DNA of 64,000 bases from Chrysomallon squamiferum (taxonomy: Eukaryota > Animalia > Mollusca), in the NCBI GenBank assembly GCA_012295275.1, contig CM022673.1, positions 6,944,001-7,008,000 on the forward strand, read 5' to 3'. Positions 1 to 57,642 of the stretch are shown here, piece after piece; positions within the stretch are counted from its first letter, which is position 1; each line of letters starts with the position of its first letter. The position numbers and the translations under genes are program-made. Under the pieces are notes generated by a model. It made no database searches. It was not told the origin of the DNA and was given only the letters and a program-made list of their open reading frames with translations.

Positions 1-97
1 ACTTTAATTTTACAGTGGTTATTATTTTTGTCTTCCACCACAATCGCGCGCTCACATACGCTGGTAAACAGATCAATGCTGTTGTATTTTTGTACAG

Positions 98-303
98 GTT
101 GCAAGTATGGCGACAGAGATCCACGGATTTGTCGTAGGGTTACTTCGCAATGGATCGGCTGTTTCGTGGAGAATACTCTCTGCTGCATGTCCTGTAAGAA
201 AACATCTGGGGCTTCTAGTTCACAAGCAAGTTATTCTACAGGACTGACAACGTTTTTAGCTTCAATATTTTTACTTTACAAGCAAGTTACTCTACAGAAC
301 TGA
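98..303 (+). CDS. Terminal coding exon (exon 17) of upstream array copy 0: PLAC-like 6-Cys module plus GPI-like tail
   Basis: Acceptor tgtacAG at 96-97; reads (G)CKYGDRDPRICRRVTSQWIGCFVENTLCCMSCKKTSGASSSQASYSTGLTTFLASIFLLYKQVTLQN*; near-identical to 16346-16551. Confidence 0.85.
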
Positions 304-510
304 TAACGTTTTTAGCTTCAATATTTTTACTTTACAAGCAAGTTATTCTACAGGACTGACAACGTTTTTAGCTTCAATATTTTTACTTTACAAGCAAGTT
401 ATTCTACAGAACTGACAACGTTTTTAGCTTCAATATTTTTACTTTACAAGCAAGTTATTCTACAGGACTGACAATGTTTTTAGCTTCAATACTTCTACTT
501 TACAAGCAAG
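222..510. repeat. 56-bp minisatellite (5 units plus partial) spanning the stop codon and 3'UTR of copy 0
   Basis: ACAAGCAAGTTATTCTACAGGACTGACAACGTTTTTAGCTTCAATATTTTTACTTT units start at 222, 278, 334, 390, 446 and (partial) 502. Confidence 0.95.
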
Positions 511-571
511 CATCAGATAAACTGTACTTTGCTCAATATCAAATGATGAAGTTCTAAATATTGATAGTATT

Positions 572-577
572 AATAAA
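572..577 (+). terminator. Candidate polyadenylation signal of copy 0
   Basis: AATAAA in the same context (GATAGTATTAATAAA) as 16708-16713 (copy A) and 39341-39346 (copy C). Confidence 0.5.
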
Positions 578-759
578 TTCAATTACAAAACGTTTTCACT
601 GATGTTTTGTGCTCAATGACAACACCCCGGAAAGAATCGTACCACTTACTGATTACTTCTACTTTACGCAGTTGTTATGGATTTACAAGCAATACCGAAC
701 ACCGCAACCCCCCCCCCCGTGAAAAAAAAAAAAAAAAAAAAAAAAACACAAAAACTCAA

Positions 760-794
<35 letters not shown>

Positions 795-914
795 AAAAAA
801 AAATAAAAAAAAAAAAAAATTATATTTGTAAAAATTAATAAACAGCAACAAATATAATAACTTTAGCAAGAGCAACAGCAATAACGACGACAAGAAAGAA
901 AGAGAGTTACATGA

Positions 915-1072
915 ACAGAATATTGAGGTCTACATTTTAATCATTGGAGGTCATTTCCAAAATTAAAATTTCCTTATGCACTCACAGATAAACGGACTTG
1001 ATTTTGAAGATGTCATCTGCTGCCTTCTGTAACATTCACCGGGTAGATTTTTATTCACCTATGCGATGTTCG
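915..1072 (-). pseudogene. Antisense fossil of a diverged paralogous prodomain exon 2
   Basis: Minus strand ttttcAG|CG then, across frameshifts and stops, NIA*VN..VTEGSR*HLQNQVRLSV..KEILILEMT.N..NVDLN, aligning with exon 2 DIAYVH..ITESRGCRLPQQVRASVRVDNENLTLELTRNADVDSN. Confidence 0.7.
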
Positions 1073-1607
1073 CTGAAAACAAAATATGTATTTTAATTTG
1101 TTTACAGTGTATAGTTATAACTAGATTAATTTTTATTTTATATAATTATTTTCACACACATACACAAACATTTATCTTTCAGTTTACATACTTGTGAGAA
1201 AATTGTCAAAATGACAGAACTGTATGAACAACGCATTATCAAATACTTATAACAACAACAACAATAAGAAAAACAGCGACAACAACATCAACAACTGAGG
1301 TAACAAACGACCACATTGTTACAACGACATTCAAAGTTTTGAAAATGACAGAACGATATTCTTTTTTTTTTAAACAAGACAGTTTTGAGTAAAAAGCTAA
1401 TATGTTTCTAGTTCATTTATAAACGGTGTCTCCTGGTATAAATACTTGTATTAACCATTTCAGATTAATGAAAGGTCTAGGGCAATAGCCTAGTTATGTC
1501 TTACAAGGCAAAATGGTCGTTTTAATAATATCTTTGGTTCGTAACATCTATGAAATAATAATAAAAAACTATTACTTTAACTGTCGCAATAGAGAGAGAG
1601 AGAAAGA

Positions 1608-1637
1608 TGTATGTATGTATGTATGTATGTATGTATG

Positions 1638-1705
<68 letters not shown>
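1608..1705. repeat. (ATGT)n-(AT)n compound microsatellite
   Basis: Seen directly. Confidence 0.9.
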
Positions 1706-1709
<4 letters not shown>

Positions 1710-2035
1710 GTTGAATATTCATTATTTTGTTTGATTCCAGTTATCGTGAACAAATCCACTCACAAAACGTTAATGACAATATGAAGTTTGCAAAATAAGA
1801 GATCAATGGTTGAAAATATCTGTCATTATATGAATCATTAAAACTATATATATATTTGTACGTATATAAAAAAAACAAAAACAAAAAAACAAACAAAACC
1901 GTAACGAAACAAACAAACACAAACAAACAATCAAGAAAAACAACTTTTACGCAGTAATTATGATAATGGGAATGTAAATTATAAGACTGAATGTAATAGG
2001 AAGGGAACGCCCAGTATTTTTTTTTTTTTTTTTTT

Positions 2036-2131
2036 TTATCGAACGCGCAGGATTTGCTCAGTATAATCATGTGATATACCCTTTTTAAGTCGTGTATCCG
2101 TATCTGTAAAACAGTCGACAAGACAACAGCA
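2036..2131 (+). promoter_or_regulatory. Putative core promoter/5'UTR of copy A
   Basis: TTATCGAACG..GCTCAG-TATAAT (2062-2067) about 70 bp before the ATG; homologous block precedes every exon 1, with TATAAAA at 44191 and 59021. Confidence 0.5.
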
Positions 2132-16551
<14,420 letters not shown>

Positions 16552-16974
16552 CAACGTTTTTAGCTTCAATATTTCTACTTTACAAGCAAGTTACTCTACA
16601 GGACTGACAATGTTTTTAGCTTCAATATTTTTGCTTTACAAGCAAGTATCAGATAAACTGTACTTTGCTCAATATCGAATGATGTAGATTTAAATATTGA
16701 TAGTATTAATAAATTTAATTAAAAAAGCTTTTACTGATGTTTTGTGCTTTGTGATAACACTCCAGAAAGACTCGTATCACTTACTGATTACTTCGACTTC
16801 ACGCAGTTGTTATGGATTTACAAGCAATACCGAACACCGTAAAAAACAAAATATTAAAAAACAATTAAGAAAATAAAAAATAAATTGATAAAAGTTAATA
16901 AATAGCAACAAATATAATAACTTTAGCAAGAGCATCAGCAATAACAACGACAAGAAAGAAAGAGAGTTACATGA

Positions 16975-17130
16975 ACACTATTGAAGTCTACATTTTAATC
17001 ATTGCTGGTCATTTCCAAAATTAAAATTTCCTTATCCACTCAAAAATACACGGACTTGATTTTGAAGATGTCATCTGCTGCCTTCTGTAACATTCACCGG
17101 GTGGATTTTTATTCACGTATGCGATGTTCG
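16975..17130 (-). pseudogene. Second copy of the antisense exon-2 fossil
   Basis: Near-identical to 915-1072; here reads NIAYVN. Confidence 0.7.
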
Positions 17131-17673
17131 CTGAAAACAAAATATATATTTTAATTTGTTTACAGTGTACAGTTATAACTAGATTAATTTTTATTTTATA
17201 TAATTATTTTCACACACATACACAAACATTTATCTTTCAGTTTACATACTTGTGAGAAAATTGTCAAAATGACAGAACTGTATGAACAACTCATTATCAA
17301 ATACTTATAACAACAACAACGGTAACAAAAACATGGAGAACAACATCGACAACTGCAGTAACAAATGACCACATTGTTACAACGACATTCAAAGTTATGA
17401 AAATGACAGAACGATATTCTTTTTTTTTTAAACAAGACAGTTTTGAGTAAAAAGCTAATATGTTTCTAGTTCATTTATAAACGGTGTCTCCTGATGTAAA
17501 TACGTGTATTAACCATTTCAGATTAATGGAAAGACTAGGGCAAGAACCTAGTTATGTCTTGCAAGGCAAAATGGTCGTTTCACTAATATCTTTGGTTCGT
17601 AACATCTATGAAATAATAATAAAACACTATTGCTTTAACTGTCGCAATACAGAGAGAGAGAGAGATGTATGTA

Positions 17674-17713
<40 letters not shown>

Positions 17714-18114
17714 GTTGAATATTCATTATTTTGTTTGATTCCAGTTATCGTGAACAAATCCACTCACAAAACGTTAATGACAATATGAAGTTTGCAAAAT
17801 AAGAGATCAATGGTTGAAAATATCTGTCATTATATGAATCGTTAAAACTATATATATATTTGTACGTATAGAAAAAAAAAAAAAAAAAAAACCCGTTACG
17901 AAACAAACAAACACAAACAAGCAATCAAGAACAACAACTCTTACGCTGTAACTGTGATAATGGAAGTGGAAATTACAAGACTGAATGTAATAGGAAGGGA
18001 ATGCCCAGTATTTTTTTTTTATCGAACGAGCAATATTTACTGAATATAATCATCTGATATACCCTTTTTAAATCGTGTATCCATACCTGTAAAACAGTCG
18101 ACAAGACAACAGCA

Positions 18115-25420
<7,306 letters not shown>

Positions 25421-25699
25421 TTAACGTGGAACATTCTGGCCATTGTGGTTGGATGGAAATAACTTGGTGTGTTTCAAATCAGAGATTTGCAGTTTTTATG
25501 GATTTACAAGCAATACCGAACACCGCAAAAAAAAATAAAAAATAAAAAATAAAAAAAAAAAAAAAAAATAAAATATAAAAATAAAAATAAAAATAAATAC
25601 AAATAAAAAACTAAAAAATAAATTTTTAAAAATTAATAAATAGACATAATAACTTCAGCAACCGCAATAACAACGACAAGAAAGAAAGAGAGTTACATG

Positions 25700-25858
25700 A
25701 ACAGAATATTGAGGTCTACATTTTAATCATTGGTGGTCATTTCCAAAATTAAAATATCCTTATCCACTCACAGATAAACGGACTTGATTTTGAAGATGAC
25801 ATCTGCTGCCTTCTGTAACATTCACCGGGTGGATTTTTATTCACGTATGCGATGTTCG
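25700..25858 (-). pseudogene. Third, least-decayed copy of the antisense exon-2 fossil
   Basis: Across frameshifts: ANIAYVN..VNVTEGSRCHLQNQVRLSV..VDKDILILEMTTND*NVDLN; retains the Cys of GCRLP. Confidence 0.72.
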
Positions 25859-26392
25859 CTGAAAACAAAATATGTATTTTAATTTGTTTACAGTGTATAG
25901 TTATAACTAGATTAATTTTCACACATATATTTATATAATTATTTTCACACATATACACAAACATTTATCTTTCAGTTTACATACTTGTGAGAAAATTGTC
26001 AAAATGACAGAACTGTATGAACAACGCATTATCAAATACTTATAACAGTAACAAAAACATGGACAACAACATCAACAACTGCACTAACAAACGACCACAT
26101 TGTTACAACGACATTCGAAGTTTTAAAAATGAATGAACGATATATATTTATTTTAAAACAAGACAGTTTTGAATAAAAAACTAATATGTTTCTAGTTCAT
26201 TTCCTACGACTTACATTTATAAACAGTGCCACATTGATATAAATACTTGTATTAAACATTTCAGAGTAATGGAAAAGACTAGGGCAAGAACCTAGTTATG
26301 TCTTACAAGGCAAAATGGTCGGTCGTTTCAATAAGATCTTTGGTACATAACATCTATGAAATAATAATAAAACACTATTACTTTAACTGTCG

Positions 26393-26489
<97 letters not shown>

Positions 26490-27273
26490 TATATATATAT
26501 ATACATCGTTGAATATTCATTATTTTGTTTGAAGTATATTAATATTTCATGTATATATGCATATGGTATATTTACATTTGGAAACTTTTTATGTTTTTTA
26601 AAAGACAGTCCATTATGAAAACAAAATTTAAATAAAAGCATTGTTGAAGAAAAAGAAAGTATTTATTTTTATCACAGAAATTAAAATGACAAAAAAATAA
26701 AACAACAATTTCTGGAGGGTACTAAATATAGCCTTTTAACAGTAATGGTTTTATTGACTTATGCGAAAGCTAATCACGACAAATGTGCTGTGTAAAGACT
26801 GGGCTCGTGTTTATTTTTATCTTTTATTTAATTATGTTATCGAAATGTAAATATTTTTTTTTTCTAAAATAATGAACCTTTTGTTTTGATTCCAGTTATC
26901 GTGAACAAATCCACTCACAAAACGTTCATGACAATATGAAGTTTGCAAAATAAGAGATCAATGGTTATATTAATCGTTAATAATATATATATATATTTGT
27001 AGATATATACAGCAAAAAACTGAAACAAAAAACAAACAAAAATAAAACCGAAACGAAACGAAACAAACAAACACAAACAAACAATCAAGATAAACAACTT
27101 TTACGCAGTAATTATGATAATGTAAATGTAAATTATAAGACTGAATGTAATAGGAAAGGAACGCCCAGTATTTTTTTTTATCGAACGAGCAGGATTTGCT
27201 CAATATAATCATGTGATGTACCCTTTTTAAATCGTGTATCAATATTTGTAAAACAGTCAACAAAACAACAGCA

Positions 27274-39184
<11,911 letters not shown>

Positions 39185-39403
39185 CAACGTTTTTAGCTTC
39201 AATATTTCTACTGTACAAGCAAGTTACACTACAGGACTGACAATGTTTTTAGCTTCAATATTTCTACTTTACAAGCAAGTATCAGATAAACTGTACTTTG
39301 CTCAATATCGAATGATGCAGTTCTAAATATTGATAGTATTAATAAATTCAATTACAAACAAGTTTTTACTGATGTTTTGTGCTTTGTGACAACACTCCGA
39401 AAG

Positions 39404-40135
39404 GGTTTTGGTTAATATAAATTAAAAACTTTATTAGATACCCCCCAAAAACAAGCAAAAAAACAATACAAAAGGAGAGGCTGATAAACCGGAGGTAAAA
39501 CATGCTTTGCACGTGTCGCAGCAGATTGGTCGTGTAACAATACAACCGCTCCACCGCGTAATAGACAAAGTTTGTACGAGACTGCACGTGTGTGTGTGTG
39601 TGTGTGTTTTGCTCAATGAATTAAATAAACCTAATACACAGAAATACATGGCCGAAGTTCTGGTCTATTCAATTATCTAACGTCACCTGACAATAGGCTA
39701 TTCACACAGTCTCATACAAACATCGTCAACAGGTTATTCGTGTTTCTACAGGTGTCAATCACTTCCGAACTTTCCACCAATCAAATCGTGCTTTTTTCAA
39801 CACACCCATGATGCTTAAGCATGTCCCATAAGCGTTGTTTTTATGTTGATCATTGTTTGGTTTAGTTGTTCAGGAAGCGTTACTTTGTTAGAAGGAATTA
39901 TTCATTGATACAGTGGTAAAGCGATGTGCTTGGGGAACATGCAAATCGGATGAACGGTACGAAAGTGGGCAGCATTTGACATTTATACCGTTTCCGAAAA
40001 CGGTAAACAGAACAACAAAAATGTTTACATTCCAGTTAAATATTTCTAATGGTCTGAAGTATATGAATGAACGGATACAATTACAGTTTTCTCTCTTTTG
40101 TTTCGTATGATGAACATTCGTAGCAAACAGTGATC
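39404..40135 (+). mobile_element. DNA transposon relic with N-terminal THAP zinc-finger fragment (PIF/Harbinger-, Kolobok- or P-type; unresolved)
   Basis: 39913 onward reads VKRCAWGTCKSDERY..LTFIPFPK..QLNI, matching THAP CxxxxC..FxxFP; homology to the shared 3' flank of copies 0/A ends abruptly near 39403. Confidence 0.6.
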
Positions 40136-40175
40136 GCTTTGTGTGTATTAAGAATAAAAGTCTATATTAACTGGA

Positions 40176-40207
<32 letters not shown>

Positions 40208-40216
40208 CTCCTCCTA

Positions 40217-40262
<46 letters not shown>

Positions 40263-40335
40263 TTAATAGTAATAATACATTTAAAAATAATAATACATTT
40301 AAAAATAAGTTTATAAAATGCAGGATATTTATCTG

Positions 40336-40380
<45 letters not shown>

Positions 40381-40439
40381 ACACTACCACATTAAAATAA
40401 ATAAGTAATTATAAGAACGACAGCTAAAATAAGATAATC

Positions 40440-40760
40440 TTGCAGAAATCCCAGACGGTACAGGTCAAGAGTATTCTCCAGTAAAAGTAATCCGACAACA
40501 AATTCGTGGATCTTTATCCCCGTACTTACAACCTGTACAAAAATACAGCAGTAGATGTGCATACAGATGGATGAAAACATAGAGAGACAGACAGTCGGAG
40601 AAACAGACAGAGAGATACGTACTGGTAAATATATTTCATTTCATAAAAAACATACATTAAATGGAAAGATAAAATTAACACAGCAATTGTCGTGGAAGAT
40701 ATATAAATACTATAAAAAACAGATTACTATAGTGAACAACAGTTGTTTTTTTTTTGTTTG
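40440..40760 (-). pseudogene. Inverted, degenerate copy of intron 16 end and exon 17
   Basis: Reverse complement reads ..gcacatctactgctgtatttttgtacAG|GTTGTAAGTACGGGGATAAAGATCCACGAATTTG (GCKYGDKDPRIC) with internal deletions; exon starts at 40532; closest to copy D. Confidence 0.85.
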
Positions 40761-41283
40761 CAATTTTTTTGTTTTTTGTTAGGGCAGGTATAAAAAGGTT
40801 ATATAAAACTGAATAAACCCACTTTCGCTTGTCAAACCTTTCAAATCAACCAGTTTTCCGAAGAAGCGATAACAGATATAAATGCCAAAAGGCCTTCTGA
40901 CCGAGATTGACAAAGATTGAGTGGAAGATAGTGAAAACCCGTACATAAAAAAAATAAAAAAATAACACGAGATCAAAATCTCAGTAGCAAAGAAATAAAC
41001 TTTATTTAATTAGTACGGAAGAGGAAGCCGAAGAACCAAAACAAACTGAAAAGAAAAAAGAGCTACAACATTGATAACAACGGTTATTAATATTACTACT
41101 GCTACTGCTACTCCCTCAACTACTTCTGCTACTGTTACCACTATGATGATGATGATGATAACAATAACAAGATTCATGATGTCAATATGATAATAAATGA
41201 AATAGTTATATCTACTGCTACCACTTAATTTACTACTGCTTCTAATAATTACTACCATTACTACTATTACTACTACTGCTACA

Positions 41284-41336
<53 letters not shown>

Positions 41337-41777
41337 TAATACATGAATGAATAATTGAATAAATAAATAACCATGTTTATCCTGTACGATTTGATCAGAT
41401 AAAAAAGAATGAATGTGATAAAAGTGACAGAAAGAAATATATTAGATATGATAGTGAGAGAAAGACAAATCTAGAGACAAAGAGAGAGAAGGATACTATA
41501 TGTGAAAGAGGGAGAAAAAGAGAGAGAAAGATGTTACACATGAGAAGGTACTTTATCTGAAAAAGAAAGAGAAAGAATGATTTTGAGTGTGAGAAAGGAA
41601 GATCAAGAAAGAAAACGAGAGAAGGATAAAAGAAAGATCTAGAGAAACTGAATGAGAAAAAAGATACTATGAATGAGTGAGAGAATGGGAGAGAAAGAAA
41701 GATGTAGAGAGAGGTAAATGTAAGACCACAGCAAACAGGATTTCATTTAGTTAATACAGAAGAGGAAGAAGGAGAGG

Positions 41778-41826
<49 letters not shown>

Positions 41827-42020
41827 AAAAAAAGGAAGAAAAGATATAAGAAAAACAAACTACCCAGCGATAACAACAACGACAACGACAGCAATAATAA
41901 TAATAAAAAATACCAACAAGCTTCCTCACGAATCTGTCTGTTATAAGAAATATGTCGAATATTTCAACAACACCACGCTCAGTATCACAATGTGAGATAA
42001 TAGATACGCTCTCGCACACG

Positions 42021-42021
<1 letters not shown>

Positions 42022-42069
<48 letters not shown>

Positions 42070-42117
42070 CCTACACATGACTATAAAAACACATACATCT
42101 TCAGAAACATATCCGTG

Positions 42118-42197
<80 letters not shown>

Positions 42198-42262
42198 CGC
42201 ACACACACACACGGACCTACACATGACTATAAAAACACATACATCTTCAGAAACATATCCGT

Positions 42263-42310
<48 letters not shown>

Positions 42311-42320
42311 ACAAACACGC
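42022..42320. repeat. (CA)n tracts with a duplicated ~50-bp spacer (two ~146-bp units)
   Basis: GGACCTACACATGACTATAAAAACACATACATCTTCAGAAACATATCCGTG near 42067 and 42213. Confidence 0.85.
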
Positions 42321-43052
42321 ATACTCACACAAAGTCGCACATATGTACGCATACACACACTCACACACACAGACAGATACATACACAAACACTGTCTGGT
42401 AAACTAACTACCCATCACATCAAATAATAATGATAACGACTTGTAAATTAATAAAAGCTTTAAAAATCAAACTACTTAAAATTGTTTACTTTGGCTTGGA
42501 CATCGTTTTAACTGGTTATTGACAGTCACTTTAACAGACACACATTTTTATTTGTCAGAATTAATACAACGCATAATTATCAGAAAATGCTCCATCTTAC
42601 AGTGACTATACGAACTTTAAAAAGAAAATGAAGACGGACGTACCCAGGCACCAGCCATTATCGTGACAAAGCAAATTTTCGATCTCTTATCTCACTGACC
42701 ATAAACAAAACGAAGTATTCTTTGGAGATAACTGAAATCTTATATCTTTTTAATGTAAAAAGAATGTAATAATAATAATAATAATAATAATGTGTTTTTC
42801 GAACTGATTTTAACTTTGCTTATTTTTAATCGTACTTTAAAGTATTTAGATCAGGCCATATAATTTGTTTGTGTTTCTGTCTTTAAGTATTTTATTTTTA
42901 TTTTTGACGTTTATGTTAGGATACTTCAATTGTTCACTCTGTTTTATTACATATTTATTTGTTTTTAAGATAAAGTAATATAATAAAATAAAAATGTATT
43001 ATTCGTAACAAATTATTTCTTTTCTTTTTTTTATGGTGGCAATATTACAACA

Positions 43053-43083
<31 letters not shown>

Positions 43084-43310
43084 AAAAAAAAAATAAAATA
43101 AAATAAAGAAAGCTAATAAATAAAAAGAAATTTCATGTTTTCACAAGCATCCTATTATTTTTGCTGATAATATTCTGTGTTTTAAACAGTTTTAAAAATA
43201 GTATATCATGTAATACGAATTTTAAGAAAGAGTTTCCAACATGAATGAATGAATGAATGAATGAATGAATGAATGAATGATTACATCTGTCTGTCTGTCT
43301 ATGTACATGC

Positions 43311-43375
<65 letters not shown>

Positions 43376-43858
43376 TAAATCCAAGTTATAACAATAACAA
43401 AAACAACAATAACGACAGCAGTAGTGATAATAACAATTATAATAATTAATGATAATATTAGAAAAATAAAATAAAGAAAAAAAACATAAATGAGTATATC
43501 TGAAACAGCACTAGAAAAACCCATTGTTTTATATGTAAAAAATACTTCTTATATACGTCATTTATCTCATAAATATATCTCTGTATCTTTTGTTTTTCGC
43601 TTGTTCTTCTCCTAGACTGTTATAAATGAACAAGTCTGTTCACAAAACGTTCATGATGGTATGCATATTGTAAGAAAAGAATTGAATGGTTGAAAATACT
43701 TTTTATTTTATTAGCAACTTTCAAAATAATGATAAATTATAATACTAATAAATAATAATAAAAAAATTAATAATAATAAATAGATAACTAAAACAAAAAT
43801 ACGAAAATAAATAATAATAATAATAATAAATAGATAAAATAAAATAAAATTACGAAAA

Positions 43859-43968
<110 letters not shown>

Positions 43969-44160
43969 GATAAATAAAATAAGTACAAACTAAAATAATT
44001 TAAGCAATGAATTTGATTAAATTCAGGTTCAATTAAGATAAATAAAATAAGTACAAACTAAAACAATTTAAGCAATGAATTTGTTTAAATTCAGGTTCAA
44101 TCAAGATAAATCAAAATTAAATTCTAAAACCATTATAGGAAGGGAGTGGCCAGTATTTTT

Positions 44161-44259
44161 TTATTAGCGAACGCGGAAGATAGCGCTCAGTATAAAATGT
44201 CATGTACCCTTTTTAAATCGTGTATCTGTATTAGTAAAACAGTGGACAAGACAACAGCA
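44161..44259 (+). promoter_or_regulatory. Putative TATA promoter of distal first exon 1a
   Basis: TTAGCGAACGCGGAAGATAGCGCTCAG-TATAAAA (44191-44197), about 70 bp before ATG 44260. Confidence 0.55.
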
Positions 44260-44338
44260 ATGATGTGGTTTCCAGCTTGCAAGCAACATTGTGTTTTCAT
44301 ATTCTTAACTGTGTGTTACTTGAGACTCTGTACTTCAG
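44260..44338 (+). CDS. Extra signal-peptide exon 1a upstream of copy D (alternative first exon or orphan)
   Basis: MMWFPACKQHCVFIFLTVCYLRLCTS(G), intact donor CAG|GTGAG, phase 1 compatible with exon 2 at 46673. Confidence 0.65.
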
Positions 44339-44737
44339 GTGAGAAATAATCTAATTTCTTTACTATTTAATGTACATTATATATCAACTACTTTGGTATT
44401 TAATGTGCTTTATATATAAACAAATTACTTTAATATTTAATGTATTTTTTATATTCTCTCTCTATCTGTTTGTGTGTATGTCTGTCCATCGGTTTGCTTC
44501 ATCATCTCTCACATTTCCTCTGTGTCTGCCTCAGTGTTTTTTCTCTTTTACAGGATGTTAATGAGTGTATTTTTAAATAATAATAACTAAAAAAAATTCT
44601 ATATAAATATTTTAAAGATAAGTTATATCATACAACTGTATTAAAGTCAAGTATCAGTAATTGTAAAGAACACAATGTTATATGAATAATTCATTTTACA
44701 TATTTGTATTTTACTTTAAAGTAATTAGGTTTCTAAT

Positions 44738-44892
<155 letters not shown>

Positions 44893-45354
44893 CATTGGTA
44901 TTAGTATTTTTATTTCTTTTTTATGCTGGCGATATATAGTATATTTACATATAAAATAAAATGTGCAAATAAAGTAAACAAACCTAACAAATAATAACAA
45001 TTTTATTTACTCAAATTCAAAAGAAATTATTTCTATGATTCCTACAATATGGTTCTTGTTGTTCTGAATAAAATGCATTTTAAGCAGATTAAGAAATATT
45101 AAAGCAACAAATATGAATGAATGGACACACAAAAAAGCAATAAATAAATAAAAATAATAGTAATAAAGTAATAACAGTCATAATTATAAGAACAATAACA
45201 ATAACAACAGTAACAACAGCAATAATAATATAATAATAAAATAACAACAGTAATATATTAGAAAATATTAGAAAAATAAAAGAAACGAAAATAATACAAC
45301 ATTAATGACAACAGCATAATAAGCACCAGAAGTAACCCCATTATATTATATAAA

Positions 45355-45810
45355 ACAAGTACTTCTTCAATTAAGCAATTTATCTTACAAATATATCTCT
45401 GTATTTCACTTTTCTTCTTTTTATTATATACAAAAAAGTACCTCTTCTATTATGCAATTTATCTTATAAATATATCTCTGTATCTGTTTTTTCTTTTTTT
45501 GATTATATATGAAAAGAACTTCTTCCGTTATGTTATTTATCTTATAAATATATCTCTGTATCTGTTTTTTCTTTTTTTGATTATATATAAAAAGTACTTC
45601 TTTCATTACGTTATTTATCTTATAAATATATCTCTGTATCTGTTTTTTCTTTTTTTGATTATATACGAAAAGAACTTCTTCCAATACGTAATTTATCTTA
45701 CAAATATATCTCTGTATTTCACTTTTCTTCTTTTTTATTATATATAAAAAGAACTTCTTCCATTATGCAATTTATCTTATAAATATATCTCTGTATCTCT
45801 TTTTTTCTTT
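45355..45810. repeat. 78-79 bp tandem repeat, about 6 units
   Basis: AAGWACTTCTT..ATTTATCTTATAAATATATCTCTGTAT units near 45357, 45436, 45514, 45592, 45670 and 45749; single copies near 43540 and 58703. Confidence 0.9.
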
Positions 45811-46020
45811 TTTTTTCTTCACACTGTTATATACGAGTATGTGCATTGCCGAAACATTCATGATGCCAGAAAAGAGGTGTAGTGTTGAAAATACCTTTTG
45901 TTATATGAGTCACTAAAGATGATCTGATTAAGATAATTTAAGCAGTGATTAAGATAATGCAAAATTAAATTCTAAAACTGTTACTGAATATAATCAAAGA
46001 CGAGTGTCTCCCATTTTTTA

Positions 46021-46099
46021 TTAGCGAACCCGAACGATACCGCTCTATATAAAATATCATGTACCCCTTTGTAAAACAGTGGACAAGACAACAGTAAAT
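46021..46099 (+). promoter_or_regulatory. Putative TATA promoter of proximal first exon 1b of copy D
   Basis: TTAGCGAACCCGAACGATACCGCTC-TATATAAAA (46046-46054). Confidence 0.5.

Positions 46100-57642
<11,543 letters not shown>

Noticed and set aside
222-510. 56-bp repeats as a CRISPR array
   Set aside because: Head-to-tail units with no unique spacers, no cas genes, spliced eukaryotic context.
1190-1320. Minus-strand hydrophobic ORF MWSFVTSVVDVVVAVFLIVVVVISI* as exon 1 of the antisense fossil
   Set aside because: Hydrophobicity comes from a (GTT)n tract; it stops before the donor and shows no alignable homology.
40780-41740. Unique segment starting TTAGGGC followed by a purine-rich tract, as a transposon end or gene
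   Set aside because: No matching terminal inverted repeat or recognisable ORF found.
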